Shown here piece by piece: positions 9,609-21,293 of a stretch of 64,000 bases of DNA. The DNA lies in contig OZ244034.1 of NCBI GenBank assembly GCA_965215185.1, positions 768,001-832,000 on the forward strand. The letters run 5' to 3'. The stretch is from Acidimicrobiia bacterium (GTDB lineage: Bacteria; Actinomycetota; Acidimicrobiia; Spongiisociales; ZC4RG35). The notes beneath the pieces were generated by a model, which worked only from the letters and a program-made list of their open reading frames with translations, did no database searches and had not been told where the DNA came from. The position numbers and the translations under genes are program-made. How positions within the stretch are numbered: the first letter of the stretch is position 1; the number at the start of each line of letters is the position of its first letter.

Positions 9609-11036
9609 ATGAAACCGGTTATCTCTCCGGAGGAGGCGTTGCGCTTGGACCGGATCAGCCCAGAACCGGTGGAGATCCTGATGGAGAGGGCAGGTTGGGC
9701 GGTGGAGATAGCCGCGGCTCGGATGGGAGCGGGATACGGGAGCCGGGTAGCGGTGCTGGTTGGGCCCGGTAACAACGGTGGAGATGGCTATGTGGCGGCG
9801 GGACTGCTGCGCCGACGAGGTGCGGCAGTGGTTGTCCACCAACTGAGGGAGCCCAAGACGGCGACGGCAGGCTGGGCGAAGCGACGGGCGGTAGCTGCCG
9901 GTGTGAAGATCAAGGGTTTGGGTGCGCCGTCTGCGAAAATTGATTTGGTGGTGGATGCGGTGTTCGGAGGAGGGTACCGAGGCCAATGCCCACCCGCCTT
10001 GGCGGCCTGGATGGACCACCCCGCGCCGGTCCTGGCAGTGGACTTACCGTCCGGTCTGGATCCCGGCACCGGCCAGGTTGCCGGTCGAGCCTTTACTGCT
10101 CAACGAACCATCACCTTTCACGCCCTGAAGAGCGGCCACTTGCTGGGTGAGGGTCCTGATCGGTGCGGCATGGTGGAGGTGGTCGACATCGGCCTTCGGG
10201 GGGAGAATCCCACCATGTTGTTGGCCGAGGCTCAGGATTGCCCCCGACCGGGCCGAAGCCGAACCGCTCACAAGTGGTCAGCGGGAGCGGTGATAGTGGT
10301 GGGCGGATCCCGGGGAATGACCGGAGCGCCGCTGCTGGCCGCCCGTTCGGCTCTTCACGCTGGAGCTGGGTCGGTGGGGCTGATGGTTCCCCGTGGATGC
10401 CAGGCAACAGTGGCGGGCGCCGCTCCCGAGCTGCTGACCTTCGGACCAGGGAGGGGAGAGCATTTCGAGGCTGTGCAGGTGGACGCTTGCCTGAACAAGG
10501 CTGCACCGTTCGATGTGATGGTGATCGGTCCTGGAATCGGGAGGGCGGCGCAGACTCGTAACTGGGCCCGCCGAATGATCGAACAATGGGATGGACCGCT
10601 GGTGGTTGACGCCGATGCGTTGTGGGCCTCTGATCCGGCCCTCTTAGCGGAGCGGAAAGGGCCCACCGTGATCACTCCCCATCGAGGCGAATTGGCCTCC
10701 TTGACTTGCGCCGCCCCGGGTTTGGCCGAGGTCAAAGGCTTGGCGCTGGGGGGGATGGTGGTGTTGGCCAAGGGCAACCCGACCCTGGTGTGTGATCCGT
10801 CGGAGACCTGGGTGGTGAGAGAAGGCGGCCCCGAACTCGCAACCATCGGCACGGGTGATGTCTTGGCAGGATGGGTGGCGGCGCTATGGGCCCGCGGGCT
10901 GTCCCCGGCATCGGCTGCCCGTTCCGCGGCTTTCTGGCATGGTCGGGCAGGATCCGCATTGGCCTCGCGGCGCACCGTGACCGCCGACGCGCTGGGGGAA
11001 GAAGTAGGCCGCTGGGCCTGGGAGGGGGCCCGGTGA
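9609..11036 (+). CDS. nnr: Bifunctional NAD(P)H-hydrate epimerase/dehydratase
   Basis: LMERAG, GPGNNGGDG, DLPSG, HKWSAG, VDADAL, TPHRGE, GTGDVLAG. Confidence 0.94.
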   Translation: MKPVISPEEALRLDRISPEPVEILMERAGWAVEIAAARMGAGYGSRVAVLVGPGNNGGDGYVAAGLLRRRGAAVVVHQLREPKTATAGWAKRRAVAAGVKIKGLGAPSAKIDLVVDAVFGGGYRGQCPPALAAWMDHPAPVLAVDLPSGLDPGTGQVAGRAFTAQRTITFHALKSGHLLGEGPDRCGMVEVVDIGLRGENPTMLLAEAQDCPRPGRSRTAHKWSAGAVIVVGGSRGMTGAPLLAARSALHAGAGSVGLMVPRGCQATVAGAAPELLTFGPGRGEHFEAVQVDACLNKAAPFDVMVIGPGIGRAAQTRNWARRMIEQWDGPLVVDADALWASDPALLAERKGPTVITPHRGELASLTCAAPGLAEVKGLALGGMVVLAKGNPTLVCDPSETWVVREGGPELATIGTGDVLAGWVAALWARGLSPASAARSAAFWHGRAGSALASRRTVTADALGEEVGRWAWEGAR

Positions 11037-12151
11037 GCAGGCCATCCTGGGCGGAGGTGGACTTGGGGGCGGTGGCCCACAATGTCCGGGAGTTGGCCCG
11101 ATACGCTGCGGGGGCCCAAGTTTGCGCGGTGGTGAAAGCCAACGGCTACGGACACGGGGCGCCGGAAGTGGCCAAGACCGCTCTGGCCAACGGCGCCACA
11201 TGGCTGGCGGTAGCCACGGTGGAGGAGGGCGCCCAGTTGCGGGATGAGGGAATCGACGCGCCCGTGTTGCTGTTGTCGGAGCCCCCCGAAGCCGAGCTGG
11301 AGGAAGTGGTGAGACTCAGGATCACCCCTACCCTTTACCGGCTGCAGACCATCGACGCCCTGAGCAAGGCAGTTGGTCGTCTTGGAAGTCGGGGAGTGGA
11401 GGTCCATCTCAAGGTGGATACCGGAATGCATCGGGTGGGCGCCCCGCCCCAGGTTCTCTCTGAACTTGTGCGGCGGGTGATGGGCTCTGGTGTTCTACGG
11501 GTTGCCGGAGTATGGAGCCACTTCGCGGTCGCTGACGCCGATGCGCAGTTCACCCGCTGTCAGATCAATGACTACTGTCGGGCTGTCCAGCAGGTGACCC
11601 AGGCGCTGTCAGATGGTTCTCAACCGCCGCTGCGCCATCTGGCCAACACCCCGGGCACTCTGTTTCATCCTGAATGCCACTTTGACATGGTGCGCACCGG
11701 TCTGGGGATCTACGGCCTCCACCCCCATCCCAACTCCCACCGGCTTATCGATCTGCGCCCGGCCATGAAGGTCGTTTCCCATGTCTCCTATATTCTCCGG
11801 CACCCGGCGGGAACCCGACCCTCTTATGGACGCATTCGCCCGCTCGCGGCTTCCTCGGTGGTGGCGACCCTACCGGTGGGCTACGCCGATGGGATACCGC
11901 GCCTTATCTCCGAAGGGGGTGAGGCGCTGATCGGCGGTCGCCGCTTTCCGTTGGCCGGACGGGTGACCATGGATCAACTGGTGGTGGAGGTGGGAGAGCA
12001 TCCAGTGGCGGTGGGTGAGCAAGCGGTGTTGATCGGGGCCCAGGGATCGGAGTCCATTAGTTTTGATGACTGGGCGAACCTATCCGATACAATCAATTAC
12101 GAAGTAGTTTGTCGGGTTGGTCCCCGCTTGCCAAGGCGTTATATAACATGA
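11033..12151 (+). CDS. alr: Alanine racemase
   Basis: AVVKANGYGHG PLP-Lys motif, HLKVDTGMHRVG, GYADG, GRVTMDQ, TINYE; GTG start overlaps nnr stop. Confidence 0.96.
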   Translation: MSRPSWAEVDLGAVAHNVRELARYAAGAQVCAVVKANGYGHGAPEVAKTALANGATWLAVATVEEGAQLRDEGIDAPVLLLSEPPEAELEEVVRLRITPTLYRLQTIDALSKAVGRLGSRGVEVHLKVDTGMHRVGAPPQVLSELVRRVMGSGVLRVAGVWSHFAVADADAQFTRCQINDYCRAVQQVTQALSDGSQPPLRHLANTPGTLFHPECHFDMVRTGLGIYGLHPHPNSHRLIDLRPAMKVVSHVSYILRHPAGTRPSYGRIRPLAASSVVATLPVGYADGIPRLISEGGEALIGGRRFPLAGRVTMDQLVVEVGEHPVAVGEQAVLIGAQGSESISFDDWANLSDTINYEVVCRVGPRLPRRYIT

Positions 12152-13212
12152 ATCCAGCCGATTTTCCTTTAGCTCTTGCCTATGACGATGTGTTATTGGT
12201 GCCGCGCCGTTCGGCGGTGGGATCACGCCAAGAAGTGAGTCTGTCCACCAGGCTCAGTCGTCGCATTAATCTGAGCCTACCGGTGGTAGCAGCCAACATG
12301 GATACGGTCTGCGAGTGGGAGATGGCGGTGGCAATGGCGCAAATGGGTGGAGTGGGGATTATCCACCGTTTCCTCCCGGTGGAGGACCATGCCCGGCAGA
12401 TTGAGAAGGTGAAAGAGGTGGGAGCAGAGCTACTGGTTGGCGCTGCCCTGGGTGTGGGGCAGGACATGACTCTGCGCGCCAAGACCTGTGTCGCTGCCGG
12501 AGCCGATGTGCTGGTGCTGGACATCGCCCACGGGCATGCCGAGCATTCTCTTCGGGCGGTGCGGGTAATCAAGGATGAGTTTCCCGAGGTCGACCTGATC
12601 GCCGGCAATATAGCAACCGGCGAGGGAGCGGTCGATTTGGTCGAGGCCGGAGCAGACGCGGTCAAGGTGGGGGTGGGCCCGGGAGGAGTCTGCACCACCC
12701 GGGTGGTGACGGGGGTGGGCGTTCCGCAGGTCACCGCTCTTCACGATGTGATGCAATCCGGGGTGAGCGCCCCGATTATCGCTGACGGTGGCATCAGGGC
12801 AGGGGGCGACATTGCCAAAGCGTTGGCCTTGGGCGCTGATACGGTGATGTTGGGGAGCCTGTTGGCCGGAACGCGTGAGAGTCCCGGAGAGGTGGAGGAG
12901 ACATCCACGGGTCCGGTGAAGAGGGTGCGAGGGATGGCATCCCTGGAGGCTGCGGTGTTGAGGGCCGCCCGTCGGGGCGCCGAATTGGAAGACGAATATT
13001 TCGAACACCGTTCTCCGGAAGGAATAGAACGTACGGTGGCCTACCGAGGTACCGCCAGCGATGTGGTTCGTTCCCTGATGGGAGGAGTGCGAAGCGCCAT
13101 GAGCTATCTGGGCGCCAACGATCTTGAGACTTTCCGACGCAACGCCCGGTTCGTCAGAACCACGCCAGCAGGATTGGCCGAGAGCCATCCCCACGCCTTC
13201 TCGGGTCGCTAG
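12148..13212 (+). CDS. IMP dehydrogenase / GMP reductase family protein, no CBS domains
   Basis: [50 protein letters not shown]. Confidence 0.9.
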   Translation: MNPADFPLALAYDDVLLVPRRSAVGSRQEVSLSTRLSRRINLSLPVVAANMDTVCEWEMAVAMAQMGGVGIIHRFLPVEDHARQIEKVKEVGAELLVGAALGVGQDMTLRAKTCVAAGADVLVLDIAHGHAEHSLRAVRVIKDEFPEVDLIAGNIATGEGAVDLVEAGADAVKVGVGPGGVCTTRVVTGVGVPQVTALHDVMQSGVSAPIIADGGIRAGGDIAKALALGADTVMLGSLLAGTRESPGEVEETSTGPVKRVRGMASLEAAVLRAARRGAELEDEYFEHRSPEGIERTVAYRGTASDVVRSLMGGVRSAMSYLGANDLETFRRNARFVRTTPAGLAESHPHAFSGR

Positions 13213-13218
13213 GGGTTT

Positions 13219-13824
13219 ATGCAGGAACTGGTGGAGTTGGGTGCCCGGGCCCGGGTATGTACAGACTGTCGATTGTCGCAGACCCGTACCCAAGTGGTGT
13301 TCGGGGTGGGGAGTCCCCGCGCCCGAGTCATGATGGTGGGAGAGGCGCCGGGCCGCAATGAAGACTTGCAAGGCGAACCGTTTGTGGGCGCAGCGGGCCA
13401 TCTGCTCAACCGACTGTTGGAGGAAGTGGGCATGAAGCGAGAAGATGTGTATATCGCCAATGTTCTCAAGTGCCGCCCCCCCGGCAATCGGGACCCACGC
13501 CCTGATGAGATAGAGGCCTGCAAAGGGTATTTGTCAGCCCAGCTTGATCTGGTGGATCCCCAGGTGGTGATGACGCTTGGCAATTTCTCCACCCAATTGC
13601 TTCTACGCACCACCACCGGCATCAGCCGAATGAGGGGCCGAACCTACAAGTGGTGGAGAGACAAGATATTGATACCCACGTTCCACCCTGCTGCCGCCCT
13701 CCGGGGAGGAGATCGGGTCACTAACCAGATTCGCGAGGATCTGGCGCTGATGCGCTCGGTTTTGGACTCTTTGACCACCGGAGAGGGTGTTTCGGCTGAA
13801 CCGGAGCAGCTAGGCCTGTTCTGA
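13219..13824 (+). CDS. Uracil-DNA glycosylase, family 4
   Basis: Cxx[37 protein letters not shown]. Confidence 0.94.
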   Translation: MQELVELGARARVCTDCRLSQTRTQVVFGVGSPRARVMMVGEAPGRNEDLQGEPFVGAAGHLLNRLLEEVGMKREDVYIANVLKCRPPGNRDPRPDEIEACKGYLSAQLDLVDPQVVMTLGNFSTQLLLRTTTGISRMRGRTYKWWRDKILIPTFHPAAALRGGDRVTNQIREDLALMRSVLDSLTTGEGVSAEPEQLGLF

Positions 13825-14279
13825 TGAAGGTCCGGGTGGCTTGTGCCACCGCCGAAGACACCTACGCGGTTGCCACGCGGCTTGCTCCGCTGCTTTGTGC
13901 GGGAGACATCATAGCGCTGTCGGGTCCCATGGGGTGCGGCAAAACACTGTTCACAGGTGGATTGGCTGCCGCTTTGGGAGTGGATGGCCCGGTTCCCAGC
14001 CCTACCTTTGTTTTGGTTCGCCACTACGACGACGGCTTTCTGCCTTTGGTACACGTGGATGTTTACCGACTGGGGTCCTACAACGAGTTCTTGGATCTGG
14101 GGGTGCTGGACGCCGCCGCGGAGGGCGTCCTGGTGGTGGAATGGGGAGAGGCCGTCGAATCCCTTCTTCCCGAGCACCTGCTAGTGCGATTCCAAGTCGG
14201 ACCGGACGGAGAGCGGCTGCTGCATTTCAACGCGCCCCCTTCCTGGCAGTCCAGACCTTTGGAGGAAGTGGCCCTATGA
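13824..14279 (+). CDS. tsaE: t6A biosynthesis ATPase TsaE
   Basis: GPMGCGKT Walker A, SPTF, HVDVYRL, VEWG. Confidence 0.95.
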   Translation: MKVRVACATAEDTYAVATRLAPLLCAGDIIALSGPMGCGKTLFTGGLAAALGVDGPVPSPTFVLVRHYDDGFLPLVHVDVYRLGSYNEFLDLGVLDAAAEGVLVVEWGEAVESLLPEHLLVRFQVGPDGERLLHFNAPPSWQSRPLEEVAL

Positions 14280-14986
14280 GGATCGTTGCGATCAGCACTT
14301 CCACTCCCGCCTCATCGGTGGCCTTGGTCGAGGGCCGGCGGGTGGTGGCGGCGGCGGAGAGCGTCAATGCCCGGGGACACGCTGGTTTCGTGGTGGCGGC
14401 CTTGGACTTTTGCTTCAACACCGCCCGGTGGTCTCCCGAAGACATAGAGTCGGTGGTAGTGGACGTGGGCCCTGGCCTGTACACCGGCATCAGGGTGGGG
14501 ATTTCAGTTGCCCAGGGGATCGGCGCCTCGGTGGGTGCCCAAGTGGCGCCGGCGTCCTCCCTGGATGCCCTGGCATTGCGGGCCACCACTGGGCATCGGC
14601 GAATCTTCGCAGTGGTGGACGTGCGCCGCGGGGAGGTGGCAGTGGCGGGCTACCGACCGGTACCCGGCGGTGTGATGCGGGACTATCCGGTGGAAGTGAC
14701 CAGTCCTGAACGTTTTGTGGCGATGCTCAGCATCCGACGGGAGAACATATTGTTGGTCGGAGACACTCCGGCGCTTGGAAAAGGAGCGCTTTCGGGCCTC
14801 CAGGGTGTGCGAGTGGGTCGGCCGCGCTACCCGACGGCCGAGGCGCTGGCCGAAGCAGGCCTGGGAATCCTCGAAAGGGGAGAGGCGCCCCATCCCGATG
14901 CGGTGCGTCCCCAATATCTGCGGGAACCCGACGTAAACATCAACTGGAAACGCCTGCATTCCCCGTTCCGATGGGAGGAGGACTGA
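14276..14986 (+). CDS. tsaB: t6A biosynthesis protein TsaB
   Basis: IVAISTST, GPGLYTGIRVG, DVRRGEV, PQYLR. Confidence 0.93.
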   Translation: MRIVAISTSTPASSVALVEGRRVVAAAESVNARGHAGFVVAALDFCFNTARWSPEDIESVVVDVGPGLYTGIRVGISVAQGIGASVGAQVAPASSLDALALRATTGHRRIFAVVDVRRGEVAVAGYRPVPGGVMRDYPVEVTSPERFVAMLSIRRENILLVGDTPALGKGALSGLQGVRVGRPRYPTAEALAEAGLGILERGEAPHPDAVRPQYLREPDVNINWKRLHSPFRWEED

Positions 14987-15471
14987 TGGTCCAGATTGTC
15001 CCTCTCACCGGGGATCGAGTACCCGAGGTGGCGGAGATCGAGCGGCGTGTCTATCCCACGCCTTGGAGCGAGCAGGTGTTTCGGGAAGAGCTTTCGGCCC
15101 CGCATCGACTCTATTTGGTGGCGCTGGTGGATGGGGAAGTGGTGGGATACGGGGGGATGATGCTGGTCTCCGACGAGGCGCACATCACCACGGTGGTCAC
15201 CCTTCCCGAGCGGCGCCGGGAGCGGGTGGGGACTCGGCTTATGCTGCGCCTGGCTTCCGAGGGGGTGAAACACGGAGCTCGCAGCCTCACTTTGGAGGTG
15301 CGTTCTTCGAACAAGGCGGCCCAGGCTCTCTATCGGCGGTTCGGAATGGTCCCGGTGGGGGTACGCAAGAAGTACTACGTTTCCGAGGACGCCCTGATCA
15401 TGTGGGTTCACGATCTCGATAGCTCCGAGTATCGCGAACGATTGGATCGCATTTCGGCGGGTCTCCAATGA
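14986..15471 (+). CDS. rimI: Ribosomal protein S18 alanine N-acetyltransferase
   Basis: PTPWS, EAHITT, LEVRSSNKAAQALYRRFG..VGVRKKYY, EDALIM. Confidence 0.93.
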   Translation: MVQIVPLTGDRVPEVAEIERRVYPTPWSEQVFREELSAPHRLYLVALVDGEVVGYGGMMLVSDEAHITTVVTLPERRRERVGTRLMLRLASEGVKHGARSLTLEVRSSNKAAQALYRRFGMVPVGVRKKYYVSEDALIMWVHDLDSSEYRERLDRISAGLQ

Positions 15472-16478
15472 GTGGGCTGATCCTGGCATTCGAAACCAGT
15501 TGCGACGAGACCGCGGTTGCCGTGGTGGAAGGCAACCGGGTGCTCTCCAATGTCCTTTCCTCCCAGGTGGAGTTGCACGCCCGGTTTGGGGGAGTGGTGC
15601 CGGAAGTGGCGGCCCGCTCTCATGTGGAGGCGATCAGGGGACTAACGCACCGCGCCTTGCTGTCCGCTGGAGTGCACCTCAACGATCTGGAGGCCGTAGC
15701 GGCCACCCAAGGTCCGGGGTTGGTGGGCTCCCTGTTGGTGGGTCACTGCTTCGCAAAAGCTCTGGCCTGGTCGAGGCGGCTGCCCTTTTTGGGAATTGAT
15801 CACATGGAAGGGCATCTTTTCTCCCCGCGGTTGGAATACCCCGATTACCGACCACCGGCGGTGGTGTTGTTGGCCTCGGGAGGCCACACCCAACTGGTCT
15901 ATATGCGGGACTGGGGGGACTATCAGGTGTTGGGGGAGACGATTGATGATGCTGCCGGGGAAGCGTTTGACAAACTGGCCAGGGTGATGGGGATGGGATT
16001 TCCAGGGGGTCCCGCCATTGACCGCGCTTCCGAGCACGGCGATCCGGCCGCCATCCGCTTCCCGAGAGCTCTGCCCAGGCGACGCCATCATTTTTCCTTT
16101 TCGGGTCTGAAGACCTCGGTTATTACTTTCTTGGAGAAGGCCGCTCAGCAAGGCAACCTTCCCAGCCGGGCGGATGTGGCGGCATCGGTGCAGGAGGCCA
16201 TAGTGGATGTGCTTGTCCAAAAGACCCTCAACGCGGCTGCGGACACCGGTGTGCAAGTGTTGGGGGCCGGGGGAGGGGTCTTGGCCAACCGCCGTCTGCT
16301 TGCTAAGCTCACCACAGCTGCCTCGGAACGGGGTTTGGAGGTGTATGTGCCCTCTCCCCAACTCTGCGTTGACAACGGGGCGATGATCGGAGCAGCCGGG
16401 GCTTTTCGCCTTGAGAGAGGTGAGGTCACTGCCTGGGGAGCGGGAGTCGATCCCGGTCTGCGGCTTGGATCCCTGTAG
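15468..16478 (+). CDS. tsaD: t6A N6-threonylcarbamoyltransferase
   Basis: ETSCDET, GGVVPEVAARSH, HMEGH, SGGHT, DDAAGEAFDK, DNGAMI. Confidence 0.97.
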   Translation: MSGLILAFETSCDETAVAVVEGNRVLSNVLSSQVELHARFGGVVPEVAARSHVEAIRGLTHRALLSAGVHLNDLEAVAATQGPGLVGSLLVGHCFAKALAWSRRLPFLGIDHMEGHLFSPRLEYPDYRPPAVVLLASGGHTQLVYMRDWGDYQVLGETIDDAAGEAFDKLARVMGMGFPGGPAIDRASEHGDPAAIRFPRALPRRRHHFSFSGLKTSVITFLEKAAQQGNLPSRADVAASVQEAIVDVLVQKTLNAAADTGVQVLGAGGGVLANRRLLAKLTTAASERGLEVYVPSPQLCVDNGAMIGAAGAFRLERGEVTAWGAGVDPGLRLGSL

Positions 16479-16510
16479 GGGTCGCCAACCCAGGGTTTCA
16501 ACAAACCCGA

Positions 16511-16537
16511 TTAGCAGTCACGCGCCGAGAGTGCTAG
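16511..16537. promoter_or_regulatory. CIRCE operator (HrcA binding)
   Basis: TTAGCAGTC-N9-GAGTGCTAG versus consensus TTAGCACTC-N9-GAGTGCTAA, upstream of groES. Confidence 0.9.
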
Positions 16538-16613
16538 AATTCTGATCAGCAGGAGGGTCCCTTCTCAAAGGTGATTTTTCCTCCTGTTTAGCCCTAAAAC
16601 GAAAGGAGATACT

Positions 16614-16904
16614 ATGAGGCTAGTGCCTCTTGGTGATCGTGTGGTCGTGGAACCCGAAGAGGATCAGAATATGAGAACCCCTTCTGGTTTGGTGATCCCC
16701 GATACCGCCAAGGAAAAGCCCCAAATGGGGAAAGTAATAGCAGTAGGTCCCGGTCGGCGTAACGACGAGGGAGAGCGTATGCCCGTAGATGTGAGCGAAG
16801 GCGACAAGGTCCTTTACTCCAAGTACGGCGGCACCGAGGTGAAGGTCGACGGAGTCGAGTACCTCGTGCTCTCCGCTAACGATCTGCTGGCCGTGGTCAA
16901 GTAG
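16614..16904 (+). CDS. groES: Co-chaperonin GroES
   Basis: [32 protein letters not shown]. Confidence 0.98.
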   Translation: MRLVPLGDRVVVEPEEDQNMRTPSGLVIPDTAKEKPQMGKVIAVGPGRRNDEGERMPVDVSEGDKVLYSKYGGTEVKVDGVEYLVLSANDLLAVVK

Positions 16905-18557
<1,653 letters not shown>

Positions 18558-18584
18558 TCCATCGTACGAAATCGCCTAGAAGTA

Positions 18585-18624
18585 GGAAGGGACCCCCGCT
18601 CTGGCGGGGGTCCCTTCCCCTTTA
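18585..18624 (+). terminator. Rho-independent terminator after groEL
   Basis: 15-bp perfect stem ggaagggacccccgc/gcgggggtcccttcc with 4-nt loop and short T run. Confidence 0.85.
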
Positions 18625-18888
18625 GGTATCTGAAGGTAGCATGGAACGAATCCCGGGTGAGTCAACGCCGTAATAGAATTACTTTCAGTGATGGCTACAG
18701 CGCCTCACGGCCGGTAACCAGAGAATGGAAATCAAGGTTACCGAAACGGATGCAAACAGTGATAGAAACACCTATACGTTCATCTACGTTCATCTTTGAT
18801 GATGTCGGGGCAGTAGTTGATCTCATCTTCGAGGGTGGAGGTCCGATAGAGTACTGCGGGAAGGAACATTTGTTTCAGTAGCTTGATA

Positions 18889-19962
18889 ATGCAATCACCA
18901 TCAAACTGCTTCCTTAATAAAGTTTCTATCAATGGGCAAAGCCCTATTCCCTTTGAGGTTTTCATGGAGTCGGCCCTTTATCATCCGGAACGGGGATATT
19001 ATCAGGGAGAGAAACTCCGCTCGGTTGAGAGTGGTGATTTCCTGACCAGCCCCGAGGTGAGTTCGCTGTTCGGGGAGACACTTGCCGAATTCGTTCGCAG
19101 GGAAGCAGCCAGGAATGTCTTGTCCCATCCGGTGGTGGTGGATGTTGGAGGGGGATCGGGATCGTTTCTTCGCCCCTTGCTTTCGATACTGGGACAGGGT
19201 GTGGAGCCTTGGGCGGTGGAGGTGTCTCCGCCTGCCCGAAGTGCTCTGGCCGAGGTGGTGGGTGCTGATCGGGTCGTGTCGGACCTTGGTGGGTTGCCTG
19301 CGAAGATCCGGGGGATCATCTTCGCCAATGAACTCCTGGACAATCTTCCCATGGCTCTTGCTCGCCGAACGGCCGGGGTTTGGAGAGAATTGTGGGTGGG
19401 GGAGAAAAATGGCGAACTGGAATGGGTGGAGGTGCCGGTTCGTCCTGAGGTGGGGGACTGGTTGCAGAGATTTGCCGGGCCCACGCCGGAAGGGGGAATA
19501 GTTGAAGTTCAGATCCGTGCTTGTCAATGGGTGAGCGATGTCTTGGAACGTCTGGAGGCCGGTGCGCTGGTGGTGTTTGACTATGGAGACACGGCTGAAG
19601 GGTTGGAGGGACGCCGCTCTGAGGGGACGCTTCGCACCTATCGGGACCATCACCTTGGCCCTCATCCGCTGGTCGAACCCGGCCAGACCGATATCACCGC
19701 CGATCTGAACTTCAGTGCGATGATGGCGGCTGCTCGGGAAGCGGGAGCGACCGTTTCACTGCACCGTCAAGACGACTTCCTAGCGGACCTCGGCCTCAGA
19801 GAGCGAGTGGAAGAACTCCGCCGACAGGAAGTCGGGTATGCTCAGGCGGGAGATGAGTTACGTCGGCTGGAAAAACGCTCGCTTCGGATGGGCGCCGAGG
19901 CGCTGTTGCATCCCCGAGGGTTGGGAGACTTCCGAGTCCTGATAGCGCGCCGGAGCGTATAA
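18889..19962 (+). CDS. SAM-dependent methyltransferase, MidA/NDUFAF7 family
   Basis: FMESALYHPERGYY, GDFLTSPEVS.LFGE, DVGGGSG, ANELLDNLP, DYG, DITADLNF. Confidence 0.9.
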   Translation: MQSPSNCFLNKVSINGQSPIPFEVFMESALYHPERGYYQGEKLRSVESGDFLTSPEVSSLFGETLAEFVRREAARNVLSHPVVVDVGGGSGSFLRPLLSILGQGVEPWAVEVSPPARSALAEVVGADRVVSDLGGLPAKIRGIIFANELLDNLPMALARRTAGVWRELWVGEKNGELEWVEVPVRPEVGDWLQRFAGPTPEGGIVEVQIRACQWVSDVLERLEAGALVVFDYGDTAEGLEGRRSEGTLRTYRDHHLGPHPLVEPGQTDITADLNFSAMMAAAREAGATVSLHRQDDFLADLGLRERVEELRRQEVGYAQAGDELRRLEKRSLRMGAEALLHPRGLGDFRVLIARRSV

Positions 19963-19975
19963 ACTTCTCGCTGAC

Positions 19976-20836
19976 ATGAACAACGCAAAAACCGTGATGC
20001 TTTTGGCGTTGCTGACCACTCTTCTGTGGTGGGTGAGCATCTCTCTGGTTCCCAATGGAGGCTTCTTGTTCGGGCTGGTAATTGCGGCTGTGTTCAACCT
20101 CGGCGCCTACTTTTTCTCCGACAAATTCGCATTGATGATGAGTCGCGCCAAACCTGTTTCCGAAGAGGAACTTCCCGAGGTCTATGCCATAGTGCGCATG
20201 CTGGTTGACAGTGTCAACATGCCCATGCCCCGCATCTACTTGATGGACTCTCCCCAGCCCAATGCGTTCGCCACCGGGCGCAACCCCCGACGGGGAGTGG
20301 TGGCGGTAACCACCGGACTTCTGCAGATAATGAGCACCGGCGAATTGGAAGCGGTGTTGGCTCACGAGATCTCCCACATCCGCAACCGGGACATCCTCAT
20401 CTCCTCGGTGGCGGCGATGCTGGCGGCCGCTCTCACCATTCTGGCCCGGATGGCGTTTTGGTTCGGCGGTGGAGGCCGTAATCGGAACAATCAGTTGGGT
20501 GCGATAGTTGCCATCGTGGCCATGATTGTTGCTCCCATCGCAGCCATCCTGATCAGAATGGCCATCTCCCGCTCCCGTGAGTACCAAGCTGATCGTTCCG
20601 GGGCGGGTATTACGGGCCAGCCGTTGCTGCTGGCCTCCGCGCTGGGCAAGATCGGGATTGCCACCGAACGCATTCCCATGCGGGTTAACGACGCGGTCAG
20701 CCAGCTCTACATCGAGAATCCCATAAAGAGCAACTTCCGGCGGGGAGGAGGGGGCATTATGAAACTCTTGTCCACCCATCCGCCCATCGAAAACCGCATT
20801 CGGCTGCTCGAGGAGATGGCCGACCCGTTTTCCTGA
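19976..20836 (+). CDS. htpX: Zinc metalloprotease HtpX
   Basis: PNAFATGRNP, AHEISHI (HEXXH), SRSREYQAD, STHPP. Confidence 0.95.
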   Translation: MNNAKTVMLLALLTTLLWWVSISLVPNGGFLFGLVIAAVFNLGAYFFSDKFALMMSRAKPVSEEELPEVYAIVRMLVDSVNMPMPRIYLMDSPQPNAFATGRNPRRGVVAVTTGLLQIMSTGELEAVLAHEISHIRNRDILISSVAAMLAAALTILARMAFWFGGGGRNRNNQLGAIVAIVAMIVAPIAAILIRMAISRSREYQADRSGAGITGQPLLLASALGKIGIATERIPMRVNDAVSQLYIENPIKSNFRRGGGGIMKLLSTHPPIENRIRLLEEMADPFS

Positions 20837-20957
20837 GCTAAGGAAAAGGTTCAACGGATCCATACTTGATCTTTTCGGGGTGCCTCCTCGGGGAATAGGA
20901 ATGCGATTCTGGAGCAAACCGCGCTAAGCTATCCCATTCGGGAAAGCGGTTAAAGAG

Positions 20958-21039
20958 GCCGGGATACCCAAGCGGCCAAAGGGAGCAGACTGTAAATCTG
21001 CCGGCGATGCCTTCGGAGGTTCAAATCCTTCTCCCGGCA
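20958..21039 (+). tRNA. tRNA-Tyr(GTA)
   Basis: Cloverleaf GCCGGGA...TCCCGGC, anticodon arm gcaga-ctGTAaa-tctgc, long variable arm. Confidence 0.96.
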
Positions 21040-21066
21040 CCGGCTCTCCTCGAAAAAAGACGAAAA

Positions 21067-21140
21067 GCCCCCTTAGCTCAGACGGCCAGAGCGCCTCCAT
21101 GGTAAGGAGGAGGTCTCCGGTTCGAATCCGGAAGGGGGCT
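21067..21140 (+). tRNA. tRNA-Thr(GGT)
   Basis: Cloverleaf, cctcc-atGGTaa-ggagg anticodon arm, GGTTCGAATCC T arm. Confidence 0.95.
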
Positions 21141-21171
21141 CTCCGTCCGGCTGATGTCGAAGACGGACCGA

Positions 21172-21245
21172 GGCGGCGTAGCTCAGCTGGTAAGAGCGCT
21201 CGACTCATAATCGAGAGGTCGGCAGTTCAAGTCTGCCCGCCGCTA
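21172..21245 (+). tRNA. tRNA-Met(CAT), elongator type
   Basis: GGCGGCG acceptor, ctcga-ctCATaa-tcgag, GTTCAAGT T loop. Confidence 0.92.
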
Positions 21246-21293
21246 CATGGAAATAAGGCAATCTATTGAATACAGAAAAGGGGGTGTTTGGTT

